The position numbers and the translations under genes were made by a program. Of a DNA stretch of 64,000 nucleotides, positions 48,483-58,163 are shown one piece after another (positions within the stretch are counted from its first letter, which is position 1; each line of letters starts with the position of its first letter). Under the pieces are notes generated by a model. It ran no database searches and was not told the DNA's origin. It saw only the letters and a list, made by a program, of their open reading frames with translations. This DNA is from Planctomycetota bacterium (GTDB lineage: Bacteria > Planctomycetota > MHYJ01 > JACPRB01): positions 24,010 to 88,009 of the forward strand of contig JACQVR010000021.1 in NCBI GenBank assembly GCA_016209705.1, in the 5' to 3' direction.

Positions 48483-49172
48483 ATGCGCGTGCTGGGGTTG
48501 GAGTCGGCCGGGCCGCGGGGCGGCGTCGCGCTCCACGAGGAGTCGCGCGTCCGGAGCGAGATCTTGTTCGAAAAGGGCATGGTCCACGGCCGCGACATCG
48601 CCCCCGCCGTGGATCGGATGCTGCGGGACGTGGGATGGCGTCCCGCGGATCTGGATCTGGTGACGGTGGATATCGGGCCGGGGTCGTACACCGGCGTCCG
48701 CGTGGGACTGGCCGCCGCGAAAGGGCTCGCCGTCGCGTTGGGCCGGCCGATTCTCGGCGTGCCTTCGCTGGATGCGATCGCTCACGTCCTGGCCCGCCGG
48801 CCGGAAAGGATCCTGGCCCCGGCGCTCGACGCCAAGTGGGACCAGATCTACGGGGCGCTCTACGAGGCGCGCGAAGGAGCCGCGCGGCGCACGACCGAAA
48901 TGTTCGCGGAGCCGCCGGAGGCGTTCGCGGCCCGAGTGCCCGAAGGAGCCCTTGTCGCGGGCGACGCGCTGGAACGCCACGCCGCGCTCTTCGCGGCCCG
49001 AGGAGCGGCGCTCGCGCCGAAGGAGGAATGGGCGCCCCGCCCGTCGGTCATCGCCGAGCTCGGCCGGCGGAGATACGAAAACGGCGAACGGGACGACGTC
49101 GCCAAGCTGGCGCCGCTTTATCTGAGACCGACGGAAGCGGAAGTCAAATTCGGCAAGAAATCGAAACCATAG
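48483..49172 (+). CDS. tsaB: tRNA threonylcarbamoyladenosine biosynthesis protein TsaB
   Basis: VDIGPGSYTGVRVG..AAKGLA, GVPSLDA, LDAK and PLYLRP motifs. Confidence 0.93.
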   Translation: MRVLGLESAGPRGGVALHEESRVRSEILFEKGMVHGRDIAPAVDRMLRDVGWRPADLDLVTVDIGPGSYTGVRVGLAAAKGLAVALGRPILGVPSLDAIAHVLARRPERILAPALDAKWDQIYGALYEAREGAARRTTEMFAEPPEAFAARVPEGALVAGDALERHAALFAARGAALAPKEEWAPRPSVIAELGRRRYENGERDDVAKLAPLYLRPTEAEVKFGKKSKP

Positions 49173-49358
49173 AGAGGGACCGAAACAGGGGGATGCGAAT
49201 CCTGCGCGCGGCGATCCGGCCATAAGGGCCGCCCGCGCCTGGATCGGGGATGCCCGCGGCCGCGCCGGGGGAACCATCGACTTGCCGCCGGCAAGTTCGG
49301 GGAAATGCGTCATGGAGAGAGGCACGGGCATCCCCCCGCCTCTCCGAGCCGTCACGCC

Positions 49359-50546
49359 ATGAGAGGACACCGCGTCTGGGCCGAAATCGACCTGACCGCG
49401 CTGCGGCGGAACATCGCGGTGGTCCGCTCGGAAGTCGGGCGCCGCACGCGCATCATGGCCGTCGTCAAGGCCGACGCCTACGGGCACGGCGCCGTGCAGA
49501 TTTCCAATCACGCCCTCGCGGCCGGTTGTGACGCCCTCGGGGTGGGTGATTCGGCCGAGGCCTTGGAACTGCGGGACAGCGGCATCACGCGGCCCATCCT
49601 CATCCTCGGCGCCATCATCGAGGAGGAAATTCCCCAGGTTGTCGAGTACGACGTCGCCGTCAGCGTCCACTCCTCGGACCTGCTCGATCTCCTGGACCGT
49701 GAAGCCCGTCGGCAGCACCGCCTCCTGCGGGTCCATTTGAAAATCGATACCGGCATGGGACGCCTGGGCGCGTCGCCCGCGCGCGCCGCGGAGATCGCCC
49801 GGGAAATCGTGTCGCGACGGAATCTCGAATTGGAGGGCCTCTGCACCCATCTCTCGAGCGTCGCCTCGGCGAACGGCGCCTACACCCGGCAGCAGTTGGA
49901 TCGCTTTCAGGAAGCGGTCGCGGAGCTGGATCGGCTCGGGCTCCGCCCGCCGATCATCCACGTCGCCAACAGCGTCGGCCTGTTCACGTTTCGTGAAGCG
50001 CACTTCGACATGGTTCGAACCGGAATCACCCTCTACGGCCTCGGCCCCGGTCTGTTCGCCAGACTGAACCTGTCGTTGCATCCCATCCTTTCCCTCAAGA
50101 CGCGCATCGCGTTCCTCAAGAACGTGCCTGAGGAGTCGGCCATCGGCTACGATCAATCCTACGTGACCCCCAAGGCGACCCGGATCGCCACGTGCCCCGT
50201 CGGGTACAACGACGGCTATCCGCGCCTCCTCACCAATCGCGCGTTCGCCCTCGTGCGCGGGCGCCGCGTGCCCGTCGTCGGCACCGTCACCATGGACTAC
50301 ATCATGCTCGATGTCGGAGACCTCGAAGAGGCCGGCGTCGGCGACGAAGTGACCCTCGTCGGTCGGGACGGACTGGAAGAGATCCGGCTGGAGGAGCTGG
50401 CCCGGACGATTGGAACGATCCCTTACGAGTTGACCTGCGGATTCGGGCGGCGTGTCAGGCGGGTGTATCTGGAGACGCCAGATCTGCCGGCCGTCGCGCG
50501 GAAACCTATCGAAACTCCACTTTCACTTCGAGCTTGCGGCTCTTGA
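49359..50546 (+). CDS. alr: Alanine racemase
   Basis: AVVKADAYGHG, HLKIDTGMGRLG, GLCTH, HVANS, VRTGI.LYG, PVGYNDG and GTIPYE motifs. Confidence 0.96.
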   Translation: MRGHRVWAEIDLTALRRNIAVVRSEVGRRTRIMAVVKADAYGHGAVQISNHALAAGCDALGVGDSAEALELRDSGITRPILILGAIIEEEIPQVVEYDVAVSVHSSDLLDLLDREARRQHRLLRVHLKIDTGMGRLGASPARAAEIAREIVSRRNLELEGLCTHLSSVASANGAYTRQQLDRFQEAVAELDRLGLRPPIIHVANSVGLFTFREAHFDMVRTGITLYGLGPGLFARLNLSLHPILSLKTRIAFLKNVPEESAIGYDQSYVTPKATRIATCPVGYNDGYPRLLTNRAFALVRGRRVPVVGTVTMDYIMLDVGDLEEAGVGDEVTLVGRDGLEEIRLEELARTIGTIPYELTCGFGRRVRRVYLETPDLPAVARKPIETPLSLRACGS

Positions 50547-51369
50547 TCCGCACCGTGCCGATCTTCTCCTCTTCTTCCACCATTTCATTCGGCCGGTAGA
50601 TCTTCTTGGTGACGTCCTTCGCGGCCTCCACGCTTCCCGTCACGCTCAACGAAACCGGCCGGCCGGAGGACGTGTCGAACACCATGCGCCCTTGGTTGAC
50701 GGCCAGGGTCGAGGCATAGCCCTTCGGCGTGCGGCCCTCCAGGGATCCTGAAAAGAGAAGCGTCGCGCGGCCCTCGGTCAAGCTCTCGACCTGGACGTTG
50801 AATCGGCCGCGCGCTTGGGGCAGGTCGGGAACCGAGATCAACCCCATGAGCTCCCCGCCGTCGACGCTCCACGCCGCCCCTTCCTTCACCTCCACGCCGT
50901 CCGGCGGGAGGAGGCGGACAACCTCTTCCCACGCGCCGACGCCCGCCGCTTCCGGCGAGGGAGGAGATCCGTCCTCCGCTTGAATCGTCCGGCCCACCGC
51001 GGTTCGGGTCACCAGGTATGTTTGCCCCTGCATGTCCAATTCTTTCGACTCCGGGGAGCGGTTCGTGCCGGATTGCTGCACCTTGGCCGAGACGCAGGTG
51101 ATTCGCAGGATGTCGCCCGGCGCGCTCTCCTGCATGTAGGAATCGCTTCTGGCCACCGCGAGCTGGCGGGTGATCGTCCCTTTATCGTCTTCGGTAATGA
51201 TCTCCAGTTCCAGGGCCGATTCGACGCGGACGTCGATCTTCTTTCCGAGAGGCAGTTTCTGGGGGACCAAAGAAGGGTTCCCCGAAGCGTCCTGGTTCTC
51301 GCTCGTGAAGCCGGAACCAAAAGAAGCCGCGATGTAAAGCGCGAACATCCCGGCGGAAATCCGCGTCAC
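50506..51369 (-). CDS. Hypothetical secreted beta-rich protein
   Basis: Signal-like N-terminus and coding-like codon usage. Start is an estimate. Confidence 0.65.
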   Translation of the reverse strand: MTRISAGMFALYIAASFGSGFTSENQDASGNPSLVPQKLPLGKKIDVRVESALELEIITEDDKGTITRQLAVARSDSYMQESAPGDILRITCVSAKVQQSGTNRSPESKELDMQGQTYLVTRTAVGRTIQAEDGSPPSPEAAGVGAWEEVVRLLPPDGVEVKEGAAWSVDGGELMGLISVPDLPQARGRFNVQVESLTEGRATLLFSGSLEGRTPKGYASTLAVNQGRMVFDTSSGRPVSLSVTGSVEAAKDVTKKIYRPNEMVEEEEKIGTVRIKSRKLEVKVEFR

Positions 51370-51446
51370 GATTCCTCCCCCGGAGGGCATTCGATGCGTT
51401 GGTCGGAGTTTCCACCGGATTCTATAATGCCTCCAACCGGCGTCAA

Positions 51447-52448
51447 ATGAAATTAAGGGACTTCGATTACTTCCTTCCGGCCGAGCTGGTCGCGCAGACT
51501 CCGGCGCCCCGCCGCGACGGCGCGCGCCTGATGGTGGCTGGCCCTCAAGGCATCGAACATCGGCGCTTCTCGGATCTCGGGACGTATCTGCGCGCGGGCG
51601 ACCTCCTGGTGCTGAACGACACGAAAGTCCTGCCCGCGCGATTGTCGCTGCGCCGCGAGACGGGAGGTCGCGTGGAAGCTCTGCTCGTTCGCCAAGTCGA
51701 AGCGCGCCGCTGGGAAGCGCTCCTGAAGACATCGCGGCGCCTGGGCGTCGGCGAACGCCTGCGGGTGGAGGAGCGCTTCTGGAGTCGGATCATTGATCGA
51801 AGGCCGACGGGAAGGTGGATGCTGGAATTCGATCGTCCCCTGGACGGCGACCTGGATCGGTTGGGCCGCGCTCCGTTGCCGCCGTACATTCGGCGCGCGC
51901 CGACGACCCTCGATCGGGAGCGCTATCAGACGGTCTACGCGGAACGCCCCGGATCCATCGCTGCGCCGACGGCGGGGTTGCATTTCACGGAAGATCTGCT
52001 GAAGCGCGTCCGCCGAGCCGGCGTATCGATCGCTCGACTGACCTTGCACGTCGGAACGGGCACGTTTCTTCCTGTCTACGTGGAAGACGTCGAAGACCAC
52101 CGTATGGAAGCCGAATGGTACGACATTCCGGAAGAGACGGCGGTGGCGGTGCGCCGCGCCCACGAGGAAGGCGGTCGCGTGGTGGCCGTGGGAACCACCT
52201 CCTGCCGGACTCTGGAGACCTGGGCGCGGACGAAAGCGACCCGCGGATGGACGGATCTGTTCATCCGTCCGCCGTTCCAATTCCGGGAAGTAGACGCGCT
52301 CATCACGAATTTCCATCTCCCGAAGAGCACGCTTCTCATGCTGGTGTGCGCCTTCGCCGGGCGCGAATGCGTGCTCCGCGCCTACGCCGAGGCCGTTCAA
52401 AGGCGGTATCGCTTCTTCAGCTACGGCGACGCCATGCTGTTACAATAA
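51447..52448 (+). CDS. queA: S-adenosylmethionine:tRNA ribosyltransferase-isomerase
   Basis: DFDYFLP.ELVAQ.P, NDTKVLPAR, PLPPYI, RYQTVYA, AAPTAGLHFT, TNFHLPKS and RFFSYGDAM motifs. Confidence 0.97.
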   Translation: MKLRDFDYFLPAELVAQTPAPRRDGARLMVAGPQGIEHRRFSDLGTYLRAGDLLVLNDTKVLPARLSLRRETGGRVEALLVRQVEARRWEALLKTSRRLGVGERLRVEERFWSRIIDRRPTGRWMLEFDRPLDGDLDRLGRAPLPPYIRRAPTTLDRERYQTVYAERPGSIAAPTAGLHFTEDLLKRVRRAGVSIARLTLHVGTGTFLPVYVEDVEDHRMEAEWYDIPEETAVAVRRAHEEGGRVVAVGTTSCRTLETWARTKATRGWTDLFIRPPFQFREVDALITNFHLPKSTLLMLVCAFAGRECVLRAYAEAVQRRYRFFSYGDAMLLQ

Positions 52449-52519
52449 ATTTTGAGAATTATTTGTAACGTTACGATAAGTTTTGAGAATATAGTGTAAC
52501 TGAGAGAATATTTTGTAAC
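52439..52519. repeat. Tandem 31-bp AT-rich palindromes (2 full, 1 partial), inverted relative to 48295-48413
   Basis: GTTACAATAAATTTTGAGAATTATTTGTAAC GTTACGATAAGTTTTGAGAATATAGTGTAAC ..GAGAATATTTTGTAAC. Confidence 0.8.
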
Positions 52520-52521
52520 AG

Positions 52522-53766
52522 CTACTTGGGGGGGCCGGAGCGACGGGACGGGGGGCGAAGGCGCCGCGTGGAGGCCCCACCGTCGATCGACGCCGGGCCC
52601 CGCGAGGGCCCGCGCAGCTGCTTCAGGATGCCCGACGCTTCGTCCCGCTCCGGCCGGTACTCCAGCGAGCGCAAACCCTCGATCTGCGCGTTGATGTCGT
52701 CGATCAACTCCCGCGTATCGGCGTACCGCAGGGTCTTGTCCTTCGACATCATCCGCTCGATGAAGTAATGCATGTGCCTGGAAATCCGGCGGTTCTTGAT
52801 CTCGGTGGAATTGAGCGCCTCCATGACCTGCTTGGCCATGACGTCCAAACTATCCGTGCCGGAGAACGGCACCTCGCCCATCACCATGTGATACAGCGTC
52901 GCGCCCAGCGAATAGATGTCCGCGCGCGCGTCCAGATCCGCCGATCCTTGGGCCTGCTCGGGCGACATGTACTGCACCGTTCCGCTCGTCGTCCACTCCT
53001 CTCGATCCGACGCGCGGCCCACCGGCTGCGAAAACCCCAAGTCGCACAGCTTGATGCGCTTCGATGAGGTGATCATGACGTTGCCGGGCTTGATGTCGCG
53101 ATGAACGATGCCTTGCCGGTGCACGTACTCCAGAACCTCGGCCGTCTTCAGTATGATCTCCAGCGCCCGCGCTTCCGAAACGCCCTTCTCGCGCTCCAAG
53201 ACGTCCTGCACCGTCTCCCCATCCAGATATTCCATCGCCAAGTAGACGAGCGGTCCCGCCCGGCCGTGCTCATATCCCTTCACCAGATTCGGATGGCTCA
53301 TCTGAACCAACAGCCGCGACTCGCGATGAAAACGGTCGAGCGACTTGGGATCCTTCGCCTTGGAAGGATGGAGGATCTTCAACGCCACCTTGCGCCCTTG
53401 ATGTTTCACGTCCTCCGCCAGAAACACGGTCGACGTGCCGCCGGATCCCACCTTTCCCAGGATCTTGTAGCCGGGGACCGGATCCCCGGGAGTGGGCGCC
53501 GGTCTGGGCGCCCCTTTCGCGGGCGCGACGTCGATGCGCTGGGTCTCCTGCGCGGTGAGAATCTTGCGGGCGGCCGATTCCAGCGCCGCCGCCTGTTCGG
53601 GAGTCACCAAACCGCGTCGCAAGACGAGCTGGACGATGGATAGAGCTGGACCCTCGGAAGGCTGAGCGCCGAACTCTTTCAGACACGCGCCGGCCGCCTC
53701 GCGGGTCATCAGCTTGTGGCGCACGGCCAGAGACAGAAGGATCTGCTCGAACGTGCCGCGGCTCAT
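52522..53766 (-). CDS. Hanks-type Ser/Thr protein kinase (cytoplasmic)
   Basis: VGSGGTSTVF, VALKIL, HRDIKPGN, DLG, GTVQYMSPEQ and DIYSLG motifs. Confidence 0.93.
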   Translation of the reverse strand: MSRGTFEQILLSLAVRHKLMTREAAGACLKEFGAQPSEGPALSIVQLVLRRGLVTPEQAAALESAARKILTAQETQRIDVAPAKGAPRPAPTPGDPVPGYKILGKVGSGGTSTVFLAEDVKHQGRKVALKILHPSKAKDPKSLDRFHRESRLLVQMSHPNLVKGYEHGRAGPLVYLAMEYLDGETVQDVLEREKGVSEARALEIILKTAEVLEYVHRQGIVHRDIKPGNVMITSSKRIKLCDLGFSQPVGRASDREEWTTSGTVQYMSPEQAQGSADLDARADIYSLGATLYHMVMGEVPFSGTDSLDVMAKQVMEALNSTEIKNRRISRHMHYFIERMMSKDKTLRYADTRELIDDINAQIEGLRSLEYRPERDEASGILKQLRGPSRGPASIDGGASTRRLRPPSRRSGPPK

Positions 53767-53931
53767 AGACTCCCTTCCAGGATGCTATCCCCCGGCGGGG
53801 AGAGCGTCAACCCGCCTTCGCCCCGCCCATTCTGGATTTCTCGAAAAACGGGCGGGGGATTCGGTTGGCGCGCCCGCGCCGGAGCCGGTATAATTTCGCC
53901 ATCGCGCATTCCGGGGGTTGCCGTGGTCAAC

Positions 53932-54375
53932 ATGGAGCTCAACAAGATCGTCATCTCCGAAACCAACGATGACCAAGTCATCGTCCTCAAGGAAGTGGGA
54001 GGCAACCGCGCTTTTCCCATCGTCATCGGGATCTGGGAGGCGGTGGCGATCGACCGCAATCTGAAACAAAAGCGGACGCCTCGCCCCATGACCCACGACC
54101 TGATCGAGAACGTCATCAAGAGCCTCAACGCCCGCCTGGAACGGATCATCGTCCATGACCTCCGCGAGCGCACCTTCTACGCCAAGCTGGTCCTGAGATC
54201 GAACGGACAAGTCGTCGAAGTGGATTCCCGGCCGAGCGATGCCATCGCCCTGGCCGTACAGATGAAGGTGCCCATCTTCGTCGAAGACTCCGTGCTTGAA
54301 GAAGTCGCGGCGAACAGCATGCCCGAGCCGCCGGGGTTCTCTCCGGACGACGACGACGACGAGGAAACCGTTTAG
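53932..54375 (+). CDS. Bifunctional nuclease family (DUF151) protein
   Basis: FPIVIGIWEAVAI, PRPMTHDL, FYAKL and DSRPSDAIALA motifs. Confidence 0.92.
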   Translation: MELNKIVISETNDDQVIVLKEVGGNRAFPIVIGIWEAVAIDRNLKQKRTPRPMTHDLIENVIKSLNARLERIIVHDLRERTFYAKLVLRSNGQVVEVDSRPSDAIALAVQMKVPIFVEDSVLEEVAANSMPEPPGFSPDDDDDEETV

Positions 54376-55958
54376 ATCCGACTGAGCAAGACCGTTTGCC
54401 CCCCCGCATAGTTCAGCAGGATGTCCTGCCGCCCGTCCAGGTCCAGGTCGATGAACGTCATATACTTGGGATCGCGCTCGGCCTGGTAAGAACCCGCAAG
54501 GTCCTTTTCGAAGTCGATGTTTTTCGTCCGGCCTCCCGCCGCCCACGCGTCCCGGCCCCGGTAGACTTCGACCGCGGACGTTTTGGGGTCGTACACGACG
54601 GCATCCGGACGCCCGTCTCCCGACAAGTCGCCGGGAACAAAGAAAAGCGGCCGGGACGCCGCCCCTTTTTTCTGGATGTCCTCGATCCGCACGCGGACGT
54701 CCCGCGCGTACACCGGAGTCGTCACATAGGCGTTTCGACGGGCGTCGAACTGAAATACTTCGTAGGTGATCGTTATGTCCCCCAGCACGAATCCTTCCAC
54801 CGCCTTGCCGAGAATGTCGGTGCGCAGCCGGGACGTCAGGCAGTCCAGCCTGCCGTCGCCGTTCATGTCGATGAATTCCGGATTGAGGCTCACCCCGTCG
54901 ATATGGATGTTCGCGTCGGCCTGAAAATTCCCCAGGCCGGTCCCGATATGCGTGTAGATGTTCGTCTTGATGCTCTCGAACAGGCCGAGCTGGCCCTCGA
55001 TGCGGGTCACGACCAGATCCATGATGCCGTTGCCGTCCAAGTCGCGGAATCGGACATCGGAAACGTTCACCGTGTCCTTGCGCCGTTCCTCGCTGAGCGC
55101 CGGAATCCGATACGAGCTCGGCCGAGAACGAAATACCCCCGGAGCCTGCTGAAAGTAGATGATCAAGACATTTCCCTGGATGCTCACCAGCTCGCTCAAA
55201 CCGTCCCCGTTCAGATCCACCGCCAGGAGATGAGGAAGTTCCTCGTAGACGTCGAACAGCGCGGAGGTGGGTGGAAACCCGCGGGCGAGTCCGCGCTCCC
55301 AATCCACGGCGAAGCGGCGCGGCCCCAGCGAAGGAACGCGATTCGCCGCCGGCTCGGCTTCCAACCGCGCCACGCGTCCGAATCGGCCGGGCTCGGTCTG
55401 AAAGTACACCTTGTAGCCTCCGGGAACCGGCAGGATCAGGTCGTCGCGCCGGTCGCCGGACAGGTCCTGTTGGAGCGACCAGATGGGCAGCGACTGCGGC
55501 GAAGGCGAGTCGAAGAACGTCGCCGTGTGCAGCAGCTTGCGCGGTTCTTCCGCCATGGAGCCGTTCTGGAAGGCGTGGAAGTAGACGCCATCGGGGGCGA
55601 GGAGGCAGATGTCCACGCCGCCTTCGGGCACCACGTCGGCCACGGCGAGGGCGGCCGCGAACTCCGCGACGGCCCATATCTGGGTTGGGTTTTCCGGAAG
55701 GATCGGCCTTTTCGCGGCTCCCGCATGCAGCGCCAGCCACCGCACCGGAGGATCGACGTCGTAGTCGATCGACACGGCCAGCGCGTCCATGATCCCGTCG
55801 CCCGTGAAATCATAGAACAACGTATCGAGACGGCGGCCATGAGCGGTCAGATGCAATACCTCGAACGCATCCCGGCGCTCCGGCGGCGCCCCGCCCACGA
55901 GGACCGACATTCCCGCGACGGCGATCCAGACGGCGACGCGTCGTTGAATCCCTTTCAT
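54372..55958 (-). CDS. Secreted FG-GAP/VCBS repeat protein
   Basis: Repeated DxxGDGxxD motifs (DFTGDGIMD, DLNGDGLSE, DLDGNGIMD, DMNGDGRLD, DLSGDGRPD) and a signal peptide. Confidence 0.85.
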   Translation of the reverse strand: MKGIQRRVAVWIAVAGMSVLVGGAPPERRDAFEVLHLTAHGRRLDTLFYDFTGDGIMDALAVSIDYDVDPPVRWLALHAGAAKRPILPENPTQIWAVAEFAAALAVADVVPEGGVDICLLAPDGVYFHAFQNGSMAEEPRKLLHTATFFDSPSPQSLPIWSLQQDLSGDRRDDLILPVPGGYKVYFQTEPGRFGRVARLEAEPAANRVPSLGPRRFAVDWERGLARGFPPTSALFDVYEELPHLLAVDLNGDGLSELVSIQGNVLIIYFQQAPGVFRSRPSSYRIPALSEERRKDTVNVSDVRFRDLDGNGIMDLVVTRIEGQLGLFESIKTNIYTHIGTGLGNFQADANIHIDGVSLNPEFIDMNGDGRLDCLTSRLRTDILGKAVEGFVLGDITITYEVFQFDARRNAYVTTPVYARDVRVRIEDIQKKGAASRPLFFVPGDLSGDGRPDAVVYDPKTSAVEVYRGRDAWAAGGRTKNIDFEKDLAGSYQAERDPKYMTFIDLDLDGRQDILLNYAGGQTVLLSRI

Positions 55959-55990
55959 GAACCTGTTGTTATGATAATGGACTCCGTACC

Positions 55991-58093
55991 ATGCAGGAAT
56001 CTCTTTCCTTCTCGGGCTCCAAGGAAGACATGCGCCGATCCTTGGAGGCGGCGGCGCGCGAGCTCGACGCCTCGGTGCGCGAGGACGGCGCCGAGGGATG
56101 GATCGTGGCGGGGGGGACGTGGCTGAGCACCCATCCGAACACGGTGCGCTGGCTCGTCCACGTCGCGCCGGCCGGAGAAGGCACCTGGCGACTGGCCGGA
56201 CGGCCGTCCCGGCTTCCCTGGACCCGCCGCCGCATGGAATTCCTGACCGCCTTCCGAAGCCGGCAAGTCGCGGACCTCGTGCGCCGTCCGCGTTCTTTGG
56301 CGCCCCATGAGCGATCTCCGTTCTCTTCCTCTGCGGGCCCGCCGCAGGTCGCCTTCCGAATATCTCGCGAGGTGGCCGCCGCGGCGCTGTCCATGGCGCT
56401 GCTCCTCACCGCCGTCCTCCTGGCCGCCATCCCGATCGTGGAGGGTGAAATCGACCGCATGCAGGGACGCGTCGAGGTATTCCAGCGAGTCGGCATGATT
56501 CCGCTTCCGACCGCGGGAGAACTGTCGGCCTTGCGCTTCGCGGATCGGCTCGCCGCCGCCTTTCTGCTCGCGGCCCCAGTGGCCTTCTTTTTGGGCGCCG
56601 TTCACGCGCTGGTCCATGGGCTGGGTTCGCGCTTCGAAATCGTCGCCCGCTTCGCGCCCTGGAGTTCCGCCTTCCTGCTGGGCGCCTGCACGATGGCCTA
56701 TTGGCCGCGGATGAATCCCCTCCTGGCCGTTGTCTTGGCGATCATGGCCCCCGCCGCCGCCCAACTGGGCACGGGCCTCGTCTGGGGACGGGGACGCGAC
56801 GAGGTCCGTGACGGGCGCGCGCCGCGACGCCTGTCCTGGGCGGTGAAAATCGGCGGAGCCGCGGCCGTCCTGGCGATCCTCGCGGTATTGATCCCCTTCC
56901 CGCGCGGCACGTCCGAACGGACGGATGCCACGAGCGTCTTTCGCGACCGCTATCTTCTGACCAACGCGCTCGGGCGGGCGTTCGGGCGCTTCTACTACCG
57001 ATACACGCTCTACGCGGCGGAACCGCTCAAGCCGGCCTACGGGAAAAATCCGGACGCTCCCGACGCGGCCGTGTATGATCGGGATCAACGAACTGTCCTG
57101 GTCATCGGGAAAATAGATGGCGAGGAGCGTCATCTGAAAGACATGGAGTTCCTGATCGAGCGGGTTCCCGACAGCCAGACGGCGGCGCCGTTGATCGAAA
57201 AGAAGCAGCATGATCTGTACGTTTTGGCGCAGGACGTCAGTCGCCCCGTGTCCTGGCTTCAGGAGCGCGGCCTTCTCGGCCGAACGATCTGTCTTCAAGG
57301 TCCCAGCCAGGACCGTCCCGCCGGCTTGCGGGTCGTGCCCATCCTTTCGGACGATGCGACGTGGCGGCGCGCGGTTTTCGACGCCTGCCGCTTCTCGTGG
57401 CTTCAAGGAACGCTCGTCGAACTGTCGTGGGAAGGCTGGACGGCGCTCTTTTATGCGGGACCCGCCTTCCTGCTCCTCCTGGTGATCGGCGCCATCGCCG
57501 CTCCGGTAGGATACCTGTATGCGCGCTTTTCGATCGCCGCGGGGCACGCGGCGATCGCGGGAGTATTTCTGCTGTCCGCGGCGGGGCTGGCCGCCTTCCT
57601 CGCCTCGCGATCCGGCGAGATCGCGCGCATCGTCGACATCCGCGAGGAGCGAACGGACGATCTCAAGACGCTGGAGATCCTCGAAAAGGGACTCCAGGAC
57701 GCCGACGCCGACGTGCGCTACGAGGCCGCCCATCGAGCTTATCAGCTTCTGCGGCGACCCTCGTTCCCGCGCGGCCGCCTCGTGGACCCCCTGCTCCGAG
57801 GCGTGAACGATCCGGAAATCCGCGTTCGGCTGTGGTGCGCCGCCGCCCTGGGATGGACTCGCGACGAACGGGCGCGCCCGGCGCTGCACGCGGTGACGCG
57901 CGACCCGGAAATCTTCGTCCGGTATCGCGCCGCCGAGGGGTTGGGCGCGCTGGATCAAGCGTCATGGCGCACCTCCCGCGCCGCTCCTCCTGAATCGATC
58001 GAGACGCTGCGCGCGATGATGGCTACAGGATGGTGGTACGAAGGCCTCTACGCGCTGAACGCGCTGCGGAAAATCGAGCCGGGCAAGCATTGA
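55991..58093 (+). CDS. Polytopic membrane protein with C-terminal HEAT repeats
   Basis: Multiple TM segments; DADADVRYEAA, DPEIRVRLWCAAALG and DPEIFVRYRAAEGLG repeats. Confidence 0.75.
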   Translation: MQESLSFSGSKEDMRRSLEAAARELDASVREDGAEGWIVAGGTWLSTHPNTVRWLVHVAPAGEGTWRLAGRPSRLPWTRRRMEFLTAFRSRQVADLVRRPRSLAPHERSPFSSSAGPPQVAFRISREVAAAALSMALLLTAVLLAAIPIVEGEIDRMQGRVEVFQRVGMIPLPTAGELSALRFADRLAAAFLLAAPVAFFLGAVHALVHGLGSRFEIVARFAPWSSAFLLGACTMAYWPRMNPLLAVVLAIMAPAAAQLGTGLVWGRGRDEVRDGRAPRRLSWAVKIGGAAAVLAILAVLIPFPRGTSERTDATSVFRDRYLLTNALGRAFGRFYYRYTLYAAEPLKPAYGKNPDAPDAAVYDRDQRTVLVIGKIDGEERHLKDMEFLIERVPDSQTAAPLIEKKQHDLYVLAQDVSRPVSWLQERGLLGRTICLQGPSQDRPAGLRVVPILSDDATWRRAVFDACRFSWLQGTLVELSWEGWTALFYAGPAFLLLLVIGAIAAPVGYLYARFSIAAGHAAIAGVFLLSAAGLAAFLASRSGEIARIVDIREERTDDLKTLEILEKGLQDADADVRYEAAHRAYQLLRRPSFPRGRLVDPLLRGVNDPEIRVRLWCAAALGWTRDERARPALHAVTRDPEIFVRYRAAEGLGALDQASWRTSRAAPPESIETLRAMMATGWWYEGLYALNALRKIEPGKH

Positions 58094-58100
58094 CAATGGT

Positions 58101-58138
58101 AGTTCGAAGTCTGAAGCAGGAAGTTGGAAGTCCGAAGC
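58101..58138. repeat. Heptamer tandem repeat (GAAGTNN)n
   Basis: agttcga-agtctga-agcagga-agttgga-agtccga-ag. Confidence 0.6.
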
Positions 58139-58163
58139 GAACGCCTCAAGGGCGCGAGCGTGA

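Noticed and set aside
53785-57958. ORFs 53785..55740(-), 54396..56126(+) and 55955..57958(-)
   Set aside because: Shadow frames of the FG-GAP and HEAT membrane genes.
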